The notes beneath the pieces are model-generated. The model saw only the letters and a list, made by a program, of their open reading frames with translations, was not told where the DNA came from and did not search any database. This document shows positions 1 through 7,637 of a stretch of 11,657 nucleotides of DNA, piece after piece; positions within the stretch are counted from its first letter, which is position 1, and each line of letters starts with the position of its first letter. A program made the translations under genes and the position numbers. This stretch comes from a virus. Taxonomy: Duplodnaviria; Heunggongvirae; Uroviricota; Caudoviricetes. The stretch spans positions 1 to 11,657 of IMG/VR virus record IMGVR_UViG_2537562189_000011, one strand, 5' to 3'.

Positions 1-441
1 TCATTCATCAGCGCCATACATCCAGTTATTGCGGTTAGCGGCCCGTTCTTCCTCCTCACGGAATCCACCCGCAGCACGCTTGTTTTTTGTGGACGGATCA
101 AGCCATTTCGTTTTCTGGTTATGACACGCCTGGCACAATGGCTGATGATTCCACTCAGGCCAGAAGAGAACATCATTACCGCCATCGATTGGGATAATGT
201 GATCCACCACCACGGCGGGCGTGTATATTCCTTTTTCCAGGCAATGCGCACATAACGGGTTTTTACTCAGATACATGGCGCGGTATTTCTCCCACTGCCT
301 CGTATACCCTCGCTCCCTGCTGCTGCCTCTCCGGCTGTCCTGCTGCTGGCGTGCGCTGCGTCTGTGCTCCTCACACTTGCCGGACTTCACGCGCCTGTTG
401 CAGCCTGGTTCTGTACATCGTCTTAATGGTTGCCACGGCAT
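1..441 (-). CDS. HNH endonuclease (packaging-associated)
   Basis: 146-aa ORF, ATG at 441-439, stop at 3-1. Cys-x2-Cys ... VVDHIIP ... N ... Cys-x2-CHNQK zinc-finger HNH motif. Start overlaps the stop of the upstream connector gene by 1 nt (TGATG). Confidence 0.85.
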   Translation of the reverse strand: MPWQPLRRCTEPGCNRRVKSGKCEEHRRSARQQQDSRRGSSRERGYTRQWEKYRAMYLSKNPLCAHCLEKGIYTPAVVVDHIIPIDGGNDVLFWPEWNHQPLCQACHNQKTKWLDPSTKNKRAAGGFREEEERAANRNNWMYGADE

Positions 442-737
442 CAGTACACCCCCACATCACGGTAAGCCGTCCAGAGTGCGCCAATCGTCATGGGTACGTG
501 TGTTTTTGCGTTATCCGCGACAATCTGGCGATTCTCATACAGGTGAGCGATAAACATCATGCAGCCAATCTTTATGGCTGGCGTGAACTCCAGCCCGTCA
601 TCAAAGCGCCTGCCTATGTGTATCTGGCACGCCTCAAGCGATGCGGCAATGTATCCGCTGATTAACTGGTCTTCCTCGTCTCCATCGATACGGCAATGGA
701 GTTTCACTTCTTCCAGGGTGATAAGTTCTTCTGTCAT
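441..737 (-). CDS. Head-tail connector protein (gp6-like)
   Basis: 98-aa ORF; N-terminus MTEELITLEEVKLHCRIDGDEEDQLISGYIAASLEACQ matches the conserved start of gp6-like connector proteins. ATGA overlap with the upstream gene. Confidence 0.75.
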   Translation of the reverse strand: MTEELITLEEVKLHCRIDGDEEDQLISGYIAASLEACQIHIGRRFDDGLEFTPAIKIGCMMFIAHLYENRQIVADNAKTHVPMTIGALWTAYRDVGVY

Positions 738-1072
738 TTTTCCGCGCCCTCACGACAAAGAATTTCAAGGCGTGTCCTGGCGACATCCGGCAACGGCTGC
801 CCGATGATATTCAGTACACGCCCCGCCAGCGGCCCCGTACTGACCTTTATCCGGCTGGTGGCGTTGATGTCCTTCCGGTACCGTATCCAGATCCTTACGG
901 TACCAATCGCCAGCTCTGCGCCCGATGAAATGGCCTCCTTGCTGCTGATCATGTTCACGCTTGCCCAGAGTGTGTGACCGTCCTCCCACGTTTCGAGTAT
1001 TTCGCCCGTCATGGCTCTGGTCTGTTTCAGGGTCTGAATCGTTATCCTGTCACGCAGTCGCCCTATGTTCAT
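734..1072 (-). CDS. Head closure / head-tail adaptor protein
   Basis: About 112 aa from ATG 1072-1070, which overlaps the portal stop as ATGA; an alternative ATG at 1114 would give 126 aa. MNIGRLRDRITIQ ... VRIWIRYRKDI pattern typical of head closure proteins. Confidence 0.65.
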   Translation of the reverse strand: MNIGRLRDRITIQTLKQTRAMTGEILETWEDGHTLWASVNMISSKEAISSGAELAIGTVRIWIRYRKDINATSRIKVSTGPLAGRVLNIIGQPLPDVARTRLEILCREGAEK

Positions 1073-2277
1073 TCCGGTTTTTCTCCCTCGCTGATTTTTA
1101 CTTCCTGTTTCCATGCCTGACTGAACTCATCACCACCATCACGCGGTGACAGTCCTTCACGTTCGCGGGCTTCGTTCGGGCACATAACGCCGGATTTGAT
1201 GCCGCGCTCATAGGTGGCAAAGCGTTCGCCAGGTGTGGCCCGTAACAGGTCCGCGCTGTCAAACTCCACCTGATACCGGATACCAGGTACAGGCGAGGCC
1301 ACCAGCAGGGCGTTTTTTATCTGCTGCTCAAAGTTCGCCAGCCACGGGCGCATCGTCATGGTGAGAAATGCGCGGCTTGCCTCGCTGAAATTGCTGTAGG
1401 TGCTGTTGCTGTATTCCTGCAAAAAAATCGGCGAGACGTTGAACATTCGGGCGATGTCTTCAATGGTAAAGCGACGGGAGGCCAGCCATTCAGCATCCTG
1501 ATTACTCATGCCCAGCTGCTGATAGCTCATCCCCCCTTCAAGGATGGGCGTTTTTCCGGCGTTTCTGGCCCCTTTGTAGCGTTCCAGTGCGGCTAATGCC
1601 TGTTTGCCCTTCACGCCGTCCAGCCATTCGCCTGACGTGATAACCCCTGCCGCCATCATGCCATCACGCATCACGCTCGCGCCGTGGCGTTGTTGGGCCA
1701 GCCCAAGCCCCAGCGATTCGCGGCAGATGGTTACAGGTGAGCGCCCCATAAAGCCGTCATCCGTGGAGTAACGAAGGTGAAGTACTTCCCACGGTAAATA
1801 GTTGTGGGTGTTTCCGGTGTAGGCGTCAGTGATGCAATAGCGCCAGTTGTGTTCGCCTGTCTGCTCCACGTTCACCGACTGCGGCGGGTAAGGATGTAAA
1901 GCCGCCGGAAAACCATCACGCCCCCACTGAATAACCGCATAAGCATTACCGTTTAACAGGCAGTGGCGGATCATCATTCGCTTAAACTGGTAGGGGGTTT
2001 GCCATGCGTTCGGGCGCTCGTTGAGGATGTGATCGACCGGATGAGAATCAAGCCACTCGCGGGCCTCCTTCCCCTTCTCATTGCGTACCAGGTACAGGTA
2101 GCATGGCATAGTAGCCACCGCCTCAGAGATGACCGTAACGGCGTTCATGACGGCAGGCAGTGATTCCGCTGTCCCCGATGATACGTACTCACCCGCCCCC
2201 GTGTTCGATGTGCCAGCCAGCGCCATAAATTCATCAAGCGTCATGCTGCGCTGCTCTTTTTTCTTCTGAAAGGCCAC
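1069..2277 (-). CDS. Portal protein (HK97 family)
   Basis: 402-aa ORF in the size range and position of HK97-type portals. GTG start at 2277 preceded by GGGGG; alternative ATG at 2244 (MTLDEF...). Lies 3 nt after the protease stop. Confidence 0.8.
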   Translation of the reverse strand: MAFQKKKEQRSMTLDEFMALAGTSNTGAGEYVSSGTAESLPAVMNAVTVISEAVATMPCYLYLVRNEKGKEAREWLDSHPVDHILNERPNAWQTPYQFKRMMIRHCLLNGNAYAVIQWGRDGFPAALHPYPPQSVNVEQTGEHNWRYCITDAYTGNTHNYLPWEVLHLRYSTDDGFMGRSPVTICRESLGLGLAQQRHGASVMRDGMMAAGVITSGEWLDGVKGKQALAALERYKGARNAGKTPILEGGMSYQQLGMSNQDAEWLASRRFTIEDIARMFNVSPIFLQEYSNSTYSNFSEASRAFLTMTMRPWLANFEQQIKNALLVASPVPGIRYQVEFDSADLLRATPGERFATYERGIKSGVMCPNEAREREGLSPRDGGDEFSQAWKQEVKISEGEKPE

Positions 2278-2280
2278 ATA

Positions 2281-2853
2281 TCACACCCCCGCTAAATCCA
2301 CCCACCAGCGGCGATTATCCGCACGCGGCATTTTTTCGGGGTGCTGCTCATACAGGGAACGGCGGGCCAGCTCCACGCCGGAATCGGGGTAAGCCGGTAC
2401 CGATGTAACGGTAATTTCGTACAGTTCCGCCACCAGCACGGTGCGCACGCATGGATCTGTTGTGGTATCCCATACATCCTTACGGGAGCGAAAGCCAAAG
2501 CTCATGCCGGATATATCACCACGTTTAACCAGTTCGATAACGTCGCGCCCTGTACTGGTATCCGGTGGGGTCAGTTCAAAGCGTAACCCTGTTTCATCCT
2601 CTTCCAGTTTCAGCGTGCCGGAACGGGTGCGCCCCAGTAACATACTGTGGTCATGCTCATACAGGCCGCGAACGTCATTACCCGCCGCAAGCCATTCAGT
2701 AAACGCCCCCCGCTGGAATTTTTCGTAAAACTCACCCCATAACAGTTCTGAAAGCTTATCCCAGCGAACAACGTAGCCTGTAAGCGTGTTGCTGCCGCTG
2801 GTGGTGATTTCCGATGACCGGATTTCCATACTCTTCATAATTTTTTCACCCAT
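2281..2853 (-). CDS. Prohead maturation protease (HK97 / S78 family)
   Basis: 190-aa ORF between the capsid and portal genes, with sequence character of HK97-type prohead proteases. Three in-frame ATGs at 2853, 2838 and 2829; 2838 has the best spacing to a GGTGA Shine-Dalgarno. Confidence 0.8.
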   Translation of the reverse strand: MGEKIMKSMEIRSSEITTSGSNTLTGYVVRWDKLSELLWGEFYEKFQRGAFTEWLAAGNDVRGLYEHDHSMLLGRTRSGTLKLEEDETGLRFELTPPDTSTGRDVIELVKRGDISGMSFGFRSRKDVWDTTTDPCVRTVLVAELYEITVTSVPAYPDSGVELARRSLYEQHPEKMPRADNRRWWVDLAGV

Positions 2854-2882
2854 AAAACACTAAAGGGGCTTTTAAGCCCCTT
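2852..2882 (-). terminator. Intergenic hairpin with U-tract between capsid and protease genes (candidate attenuator)
   Basis: AAGGGGCT (2863-2870), loop TTTA, AGCCCCTT (2875-2882). On the minus strand the stem is followed by UAGUGUUUUAU. Confidence 0.45.
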
Positions 2883-2892
2883 CTGTATGCTG

Positions 2893-4050
2893 TTAATCGT
2901 CGTCCTGTGGCAGTTCCAGAATCTTGATCGCGTTCGAATCCACCACGCCACCGCCTAAATATTTCTGCGTGAAAATTTTGATGAAGCCCGGCTCTGTGAG
3001 GTTGTCCGGTCTGGTGCGAACACCTGTTTCGTGATCAACAATGTAGTAACCGCGTTTGAAGTCACCCAGGGCAATAACGTTATCAGGCATAAACTCCAGA
3101 TATTCGACCGGAAGGCCCAGCAACGTATCAGGATCACCCGCCTGTAAACGGTCACGCCAGATGTAATCACCGTTCGCGTTCTTCACCTTCTGGAGTTTTG
3201 CCGCCGTCGTGGAGTTAACCACCCAGACCGCGTTTTTGCGGTATTTTTTACGTAATGCAAATTTCAGGTCGATCAGCGGGTCCGCAGATGTCCACGCCAG
3301 AGATTCGGAAGGTTTAATTACCTGCAACGTACCAAAATCACGCTCTTTGTCGTTCTTCTCTGCACGGGGTACGGATAAAAAGCCTTTTGCTTTTTTGTCA
3401 CCGTCGCCCACAACCAGATCGCTTTCTTCGGTTTCCGTGAAGGTGTCGCCAATCTCGCCCGTCAGCCATGAAAGGATGTCCACATCGGAAAAATCCACGA
3501 TTTCCTGTGTGGTGCGCGGGTACGCATAGACCGGATACAGCTTAATGCTCACCTCGTTAATCTGCGGGGTGCTGGTCTGTTCGCGTGCCTTACCCTCTTC
3601 ACCGTGGTTAACGGTCGCACCGCCAGCGGAAACAAGCTGCTTAAACTCGTTGCTGCTGATTTTTTTCACGGTACAGATGCGGCGCATGGTGGACTCATCC
3701 GCCAGCATTCGCATGATTTCGGTGTTCAGTTCGGGGATAACGGTATAACCACCATCAGCGGGAACGCCTGTACTTAATGCGCGGGTTTCACCTGTCAGAA
3801 TGTAGTTGCGGAGTTCTGCGGGGTCAGTGGTCTGACTGCTTTTACCTGGCTTGCTGCGCTCTTCGTCTGCAATGGCTTCAAGGCGGGAAATGTCTTTATC
3901 GAGGGATTCAGCTTTAGCGCGTAATTCGTCAAATTTTGCGCCCTCTGCATCGTTAAGGCTGCGGTTTTCTTTTTCCGCGTTCTCCAGCATGTCGCGCATC
4001 TGATTTTTAATGGCGGTTTTCTGCTGGCGTAATTCGATTATTCTCGGCAT
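2893..4050 (-). CDS. Major capsid protein (HK97 fold) with N-terminal scaffolding-like delta domain
   Basis: 385-aa ORF, ATG at 4050. The N-terminal ~100 aa is charged and coiled-coil-like (ELRQQKTAIKNQMRDMLENAEKENRSLNDAEGAKFDELRAKAESLDKDISRLEAIADEE), as in the delta domain of HK97-type capsid proteins; no separate scaffold gene is seen. Confidence 0.85.
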   Translation of the reverse strand: MPRIIELRQQKTAIKNQMRDMLENAEKENRSLNDAEGAKFDELRAKAESLDKDISRLEAIADEERSKPGKSSQTTDPAELRNYILTGETRALSTGVPADGGYTVIPELNTEIMRMLADESTMRRICTVKKISSNEFKQLVSAGGATVNHGEEGKAREQTSTPQINEVSIKLYPVYAYPRTTQEIVDFSDVDILSWLTGEIGDTFTETEESDLVVGDGDKKAKGFLSVPRAEKNDKERDFGTLQVIKPSESLAWTSADPLIDLKFALRKKYRKNAVWVVNSTTAAKLQKVKNANGDYIWRDRLQAGDPDTLLGLPVEYLEFMPDNVIALGDFKRGYYIVDHETGVRTRPDNLTEPGFIKIFTQKYLGGGVVDSNAIKILELPQDDD

Positions 4051-4140
4051 AAAAAAAGTACCTGGGTTAAGTAAGGAACTCCAGGACGCGGCAAAAACTC
4101 AACCGTTTTTCATAAGGAAATCAGCAATCGCACCGATCGT

Positions 4141-4246
4141 TTTCCCGCCTGGTAATGAATATTGGTGAGCACATTAACAGGCGGGAAAGTGGCCCCAGCG
4201 TCCTGGCACCACTGGCGAGAATAATCATGATTCAGGGCGGGTAAAA
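4141..4246. promoter_or_regulatory. Inverted and direct repeats of TTTCCCGCCTG upstream of the capsid operon (candidate regulator binding sites)
   Basis: TTTCCCGCCTG at 4141-4151 is the exact reverse complement of CAGGCGGGAAA at 4178-4188; an inner TAATG/CATTA pair (4153-4157 / 4172-4176) extends the palindrome. A related CAGGGCGGGTAAAA lies at 4233-4246. All are 90-200 bp upstream of the capsid start. Confidence 0.4.
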
Positions 4247-4291
4247 TATGCCGATCCGGTCAATGAACAACGTGGAACGACCACGAACAAA

Positions 4292-4330
4292 TAATTTACA
4301 AAAATTACAAAAAGCCGGATTTCTCCGGCT
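4292..4330 (-). terminator. Rho-independent terminator separating the replication/regulatory operon from the capsid operon
   Basis: Stem AGCCGGA (4313-4319), loop TTTC, TCCGGCT (4324-4330). On the minus strand it is followed by UUUUGUAAUUUUUGU, and it sits immediately 3' of the stop at 4337. Confidence 0.6.
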
Positions 4331-4336
4331 GTTTGA

Positions 4337-5029
4337 TTAGCTGTCCTGGTAATTGCGCCATATTTCATCACCAGCACCATCTATACCCATTTCGGCATAA
4401 GTGCGATCGACTGCCTTTTTCAGGTCTCCGAAATTATCCGGCGGCTCCGGTGCCCTCTGTGCCTTCCTTGAACATTCCAGCCGTCGCATCGTGATGTGAT
4501 GCCGTTCCTTGTCTGTCTCCACCAGCTGCATGACTTCACCCCATCGCGCCGCCGCCCTCCGGTAAAAGCCTTTCGCCTCCAGTTCCTCCGCTATGCGGTC
4601 ATGTACCATCGTCACCCCCTCAGAACGAAATATCATCACCGTAAGGGTCATCGCTCCCGCTGGTGGCTGATTACCCTGTGTGCCTGTGGTTTTGCGTCTG
4701 TTCCCGCCAGGAAGTGCCGCACGGGCACTGATTACGCTGTCTGCAATAACCTGATAACCCTGCCGCGTTTCCCCATTCTGTCCGGTCCACTGGCTGACCT
4801 GCATCGTGCCGGATACGCTGGCAACGTCGCCTTTTTGATGTTTAGCCAGGAAGTCGGCCTGCTTACCAAATGCGATGACCGATAGCCATAACGTCGCCTG
4901 CCCATCCTGCGCCTGACTACATGGCAGCGATACCGCCATACGCGCCAGCGTCATCGGTGTACCCTTGCTGGTCTGTTTTACCTGCTGGTCGTCCACCAGC
5001 CGCCCGTAAGCCGCTATCTGTGCTGTCAT
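4337..5029 (-). CDS. Two-domain protein: N-terminal SSB-like OB fold, Gly/Pro/Gln linker, C-terminal PerC-like small-regulator domain
   Basis: 230-aa ORF, ATG at 5029 overlapping the upstream stop (ATGA). Residues 1-105 follow the SSB OB-fold pattern (GRL..D..V ... TLW.SVI.FGK.A.F..K..KGD ... WT...G..R). The C-terminal ~90 aa carries AEELEAKGFYRRAAARW, recalled from PerC-type regulators. An internal ATG at 4609 has a strong GAGGGGG Shine-Dalgarno 5 nt upstream. Confidence 0.55.
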   Translation of the reverse strand: MTAQIAAYGRLVDDQQVKQTSKGTPMTLARMAVSLPCSQAQDGQATLWLSVIAFGKQADFLAKHQKGDVASVSGTMQVSQWTGQNGETRQGYQVIADSVISARAALPGGNRRKTTGTQGNQPPAGAMTLTVMIFRSEGVTMVHDRIAEELEAKGFYRRAAARWGEVMQLVETDKERHHITMRRLECSRKAQRAPEPPDNFGDLKKAVDRTYAEMGIDGAGDEIWRNYQDS

Positions 5030-5277
5030 GCCGTCTGCTCTCCGGTTTTAACGTTGATGGTTGTTACCTGTTCCGCTTCGGCAATCTCCCGTTCTGTCAA
5101 CGTGGCAAAGTTTGCCGCTGCTGTGGTCATGAATGCGCTTATCAGTTCGGGATGCTCCTTCGCGTATCCTTCCCCCGCGTGGCGGTCTATCGTCCTGATT
5201 GCCACCTTTAAGGCCAGTTCAGCCATATCTAACGCCTTATATTTCGGCTCTGTTCTGTCTCTGCGTTTTTGGGTCAT
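5026..5277 (-). CDS. Hypothetical protein (about 83 aa), translationally coupled to the SSB-like gene
   Basis: The ORF track extends to a TTG at 5334 (102 aa), but that extension is encoded by the iteron repeats. ATG at 5277 (MTQKRRDRTEP...) has a GAGAGG Shine-Dalgarno; a further ATG lies at 5226. No recognised domain. Confidence 0.45.
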   Translation of the reverse strand: MTQKRRDRTEPKYKALDMAELALKVAIRTIDRHAGEGYAKEHPELISAFMTTAAANFATLTEREIAEAEQVTTINVKTGEQTA

Positions 5278-5288
5278 TTCTCGCAACC

Positions 5289-5479
5289 TCTCACTTTTTC
5301 GCCTCACTTTTTCAAGCGTCTCACTTCGTCGCAATTGGGATTTTTGGTTTTTCTATGTGTGTGTTTCATAAGTATTTTTTTACCCCTCACTTTTGAGGAT
5401 GTATACAGGTAGAAAAGTGAGGGAGAGCAGGCTAATTTTGGCCCTCTTTCTATCCACCTCGCTTTTGCTCCTCACTTTT
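5289..5479. repeat. Iteron cluster (CTCACTTTT) flanking an AT-rich segment; candidate replication origin
   Basis: Perfect copies at 5290-5298, 5304-5312, 5387-5395 and 5471-5479, one inverted copy (AAAAGTGAG, 5413-5421), and degenerate copies at 5320-5328 (CTCACTTCG) and 5459-5467 (CTCGCTTTT). AT-rich core at 5331-5384. Lies immediately 3' of the helicase gene. Confidence 0.6.
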
Positions 5480-6459
5480 ATAGCGGCGCTACATCATCCC
5501 CATCGATACGAATAACCCCATCTTTTTCCAGCTTGTACAGCCAGCGCCGGAAGTTTTTCATTTCATACCCCAGCTTTTTCATGTCATCACGTAACAGCGG
5601 GATCGTGCACTTGTCGCCGTTCTGTGTGCGTGAACGGATGCACCCCCATAGCGCGGTATGGTTTTCCGTCTTGTTCCCTGCCTCCTCGATGCGCTCCAGT
5701 TCAACGGGAGGGCGCGGCTTATCCACCACCACCAGCGACGTGATTAATTCACCGTCAGCGTCGGTAAAAAGCTCCACCACGCGTAAGTCATATGCGGCTT
5801 CTTTGAGTTCCTCCGCGTCCTTCATTTTGGTGCATGAGATAACCAGCGCTTCGCCTCCTGCGTCCTCCCTGCGTATCCGGTATTCAGCATCCAGCGAAGC
5901 ACGAAATGCACTGGAACCGCGCGCGCCTTTCGCTCATCCTTGCCGGAATGGTGAACCACCAGCACCGTGGCCCCTGTGCGTCGATTCAGTTCGTCACAAC
6001 CACGGATAAACGCCCCCATATCACGGGAATCATTTCATCATTCCCACCAAGGCAACGCGCCAGCGTATCCAGAATAATCATGCGTACAGGTTTACCCGTT
6101 TCCCGCTCCACCTGACGGGCAGCGATAACCATTTCATCAACATCAAGCGGGGCAGCCGGAAAGATGGGGCGGTTTACCAGATACAGATTTTTCACCTGCT
6201 CATCGTGCACAACCTCCCAGGCTTTTACACGACGCGGAACACCTATACCGCCTTCACCAACCACATAGAGAACCGCACCATGTGCAACCCTGCGGCCTCC
6301 CCACTGGCGACCAGTGGCAACATGGCACGCCCACGATCCGGCAAGGAATGATTTATAGGACCCGCTAGCCCCGTATATGCTGCATAGCGATACCGCCGGA
6401 ATAATCCCCTTAACCACGTAATCCAGTTGCGTGTCGTATCCGGTAGATCCAACGCTCAT
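5478..6459 (-). pseudogene. Replication helicase (AAA_25 / RepA-like) disrupted by two frameshifts
   Basis: Three consecutive minus-strand ORFs in three frames together form one helicase-like protein: Walker A GASGSYKS and Walker B MIILDTL (6459-5986), GATVLVVHHSGKD (6019-5822), C-terminal domain (5825-5478). Reading continuity needs about +1 nt near 6033-6035 and -2 nt in the CCGCGCGCGCC tract at 5917-5927, which restores ...HHSGKDERKARGSSAFRASLD.... Confidence 0.7.
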
Positions 6460-6875
6460 CGGTAGCGTGGTTTTTCGCTGGTGGTTTTTTCTTCCGCCGG
6501 CTCTTTCCCGCGCACCCGTTCCAGGTATTCGCGCCAGTTCTCCCGCATATGGCTGTGCATCCCTTCGGGGTAATAATTCGCATCAGTTACACCCGCCGCC
6601 GCCAGTTTGTGCGCAATGGCATTAATATTTGATGGCCTGATGTGGCCTGCCTTGTACAGCCGGACACAATAGCGCCCCTCGTCGATGATTCTCAGGTCTG
6701 CCAGTTCATCCAGTTGATCATCAGCCAGCACAACGGGAGGCACATTATCGCCAGCCAGTCGCCCGTCCTGTTCCTGCCACTGTTTCGCATGTGCCCAGGC
6801 ATCACTACCCGCAAAAATAATGACTTCGGTCATCTTGTCGTAAGGCTGTTTTTTTAAGTTCGGTGCGCTTTTCAT
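6456..6875 (-). CDS. Hypothetical protein (139 aa), coupled upstream partner of the helicase gene
   Basis: ATG at 6875 with AGGGG Shine-Dalgarno; ATGA overlaps with both the upstream gene and the helicase start. No confident domain assignment. Confidence 0.55.
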   Translation of the reverse strand: MKSAPNLKKQPYDKMTEVIIFAGSDAWAHAKQWQEQDGRLAGDNVPPVVLADDQLDELADLRIIDEGRYCVRLYKAGHIRPSNINAIAHKLAAAGVTDANYYPEGMHSHMRENWREYLERVRGKEPAEEKTTSEKPRYR

Positions 6876-7171
6876 TTCTTGCCCCTGAATCCGTTAATCA
6901 TGGTTTTCAGCTTCTGGATGTTTGCACGTGCCCTGGCGTTGCTGGTGGGCACGTTATGCGGCGCGGTCTGTACCAGAGAAAAATCACGCCGGAACTGATA
7001 AACAGGCATCACGCAATCATATTCGTAACCTTCACGGCGGTAAGTTACGCACCGTCCCGCCACGCCCTTAATCATTACCGTGCCGCCGTACTGGTCGCGG
7101 TAAATATCACCGCGCGTAAATTTAGGGTGAGTGTTGCCACTGGCAGTTAAGCCAGAATATTTAAGTTTCAT
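6872..7171 (-). CDS. Hypothetical protein (99 aa), first gene of the replication operon
   Basis: ATG at 7171 with a GGAGA upstream; ATGA overlap with the next gene; preceded by a 230-bp AT-rich intergenic region. No recognised domain. Confidence 0.5.
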   Translation of the reverse strand: MKLKYSGLTASGNTHPKFTRGDIYRDQYGGTVMIKGVAGRCVTYRREGYEYDCVMPVYQFRRDFSLVQTAPHNVPTSNARARANIQKLKTMINGFRGKK

Positions 7172-7403
7172 TATTTTTATTCTCCGGTGTGCTGTTCGTT
7201 ATATCTGTCGTGCAATGTCTCTATTTCCTGCAACACATTTATTACAGGCTCAAGAAGCGTTATTAATGATGTAATAATCCGCGTTTTTTTTGCTATTACG
7301 TTCATTATCGCCAAAGGATTCAAGGCACATCCGCAATATTTCCATCATATTTTCACTGTGAGAAAGTGCAAGAAATACGCGATCTGTTGTTTCGTGGTAA
7401 ATA

Positions 7404-7637
7404 TCACGCATGGCTTACATCCTCAGGAAATTTTCTTCTGTAACGAGCCTCTGCCACATATTCCGCATAATCGGCGGCGATATTCAGTACATCAAGCCCC
7501 GTTGATTTATATTCTCTCGTGGAAAGTAAGAAAAAAGCCGCTCTAATAAGTTCTGGCATTGACGAAAGCGCATCAGCCGCATCATCAGGAACGCCGGAAA
7601 ATTCCTGTTTCAGGGAATTAAAACGATCATCACGCAT
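7404..7637 (-). CDS. Hypothetical protein (77 aa); possibly the C-terminal half of a gene split at a homopolymer tract
   Basis: ATG at 7637 sits immediately 3' of a G9 run (C9 on the plus strand, 7640-7648). One extra G would fuse it in frame to the upstream ORF. Confidence 0.4.
   Translation of the reverse strand: MRDDRFNSLKQEFSGVPDDAADALSSMPELIRAAFFLLSTREYKSTGLDVLNIAADYAEYVAEARYRRKFPEDVSHA

Noticed and set aside
221-4050. Plus-strand ORFs of 60-130 aa overlapping the head-module genes (for example 221-553, 351-665, 1963-2163, 3209-3529)
   Set aside because: All lie antisense to well-supported minus-strand structural genes and show no motifs; treated as spurious.
4051-4336. P2/P4-type late promoter (TGT-N12-ACA activator site) upstream of the capsid operon
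   Set aside because: Only one TGT occurs in the whole intergenic region, so this motif is absent. A different repeat family (TTTCCCGCCTG) is reported instead.
5289-5479. Possible CRISPR array, given the short direct repeats
   Set aside because: Repeats are only 9 bp, irregularly spaced, include an inverted copy and lie next to a replication gene: these are iterons, not a CRISPR array.
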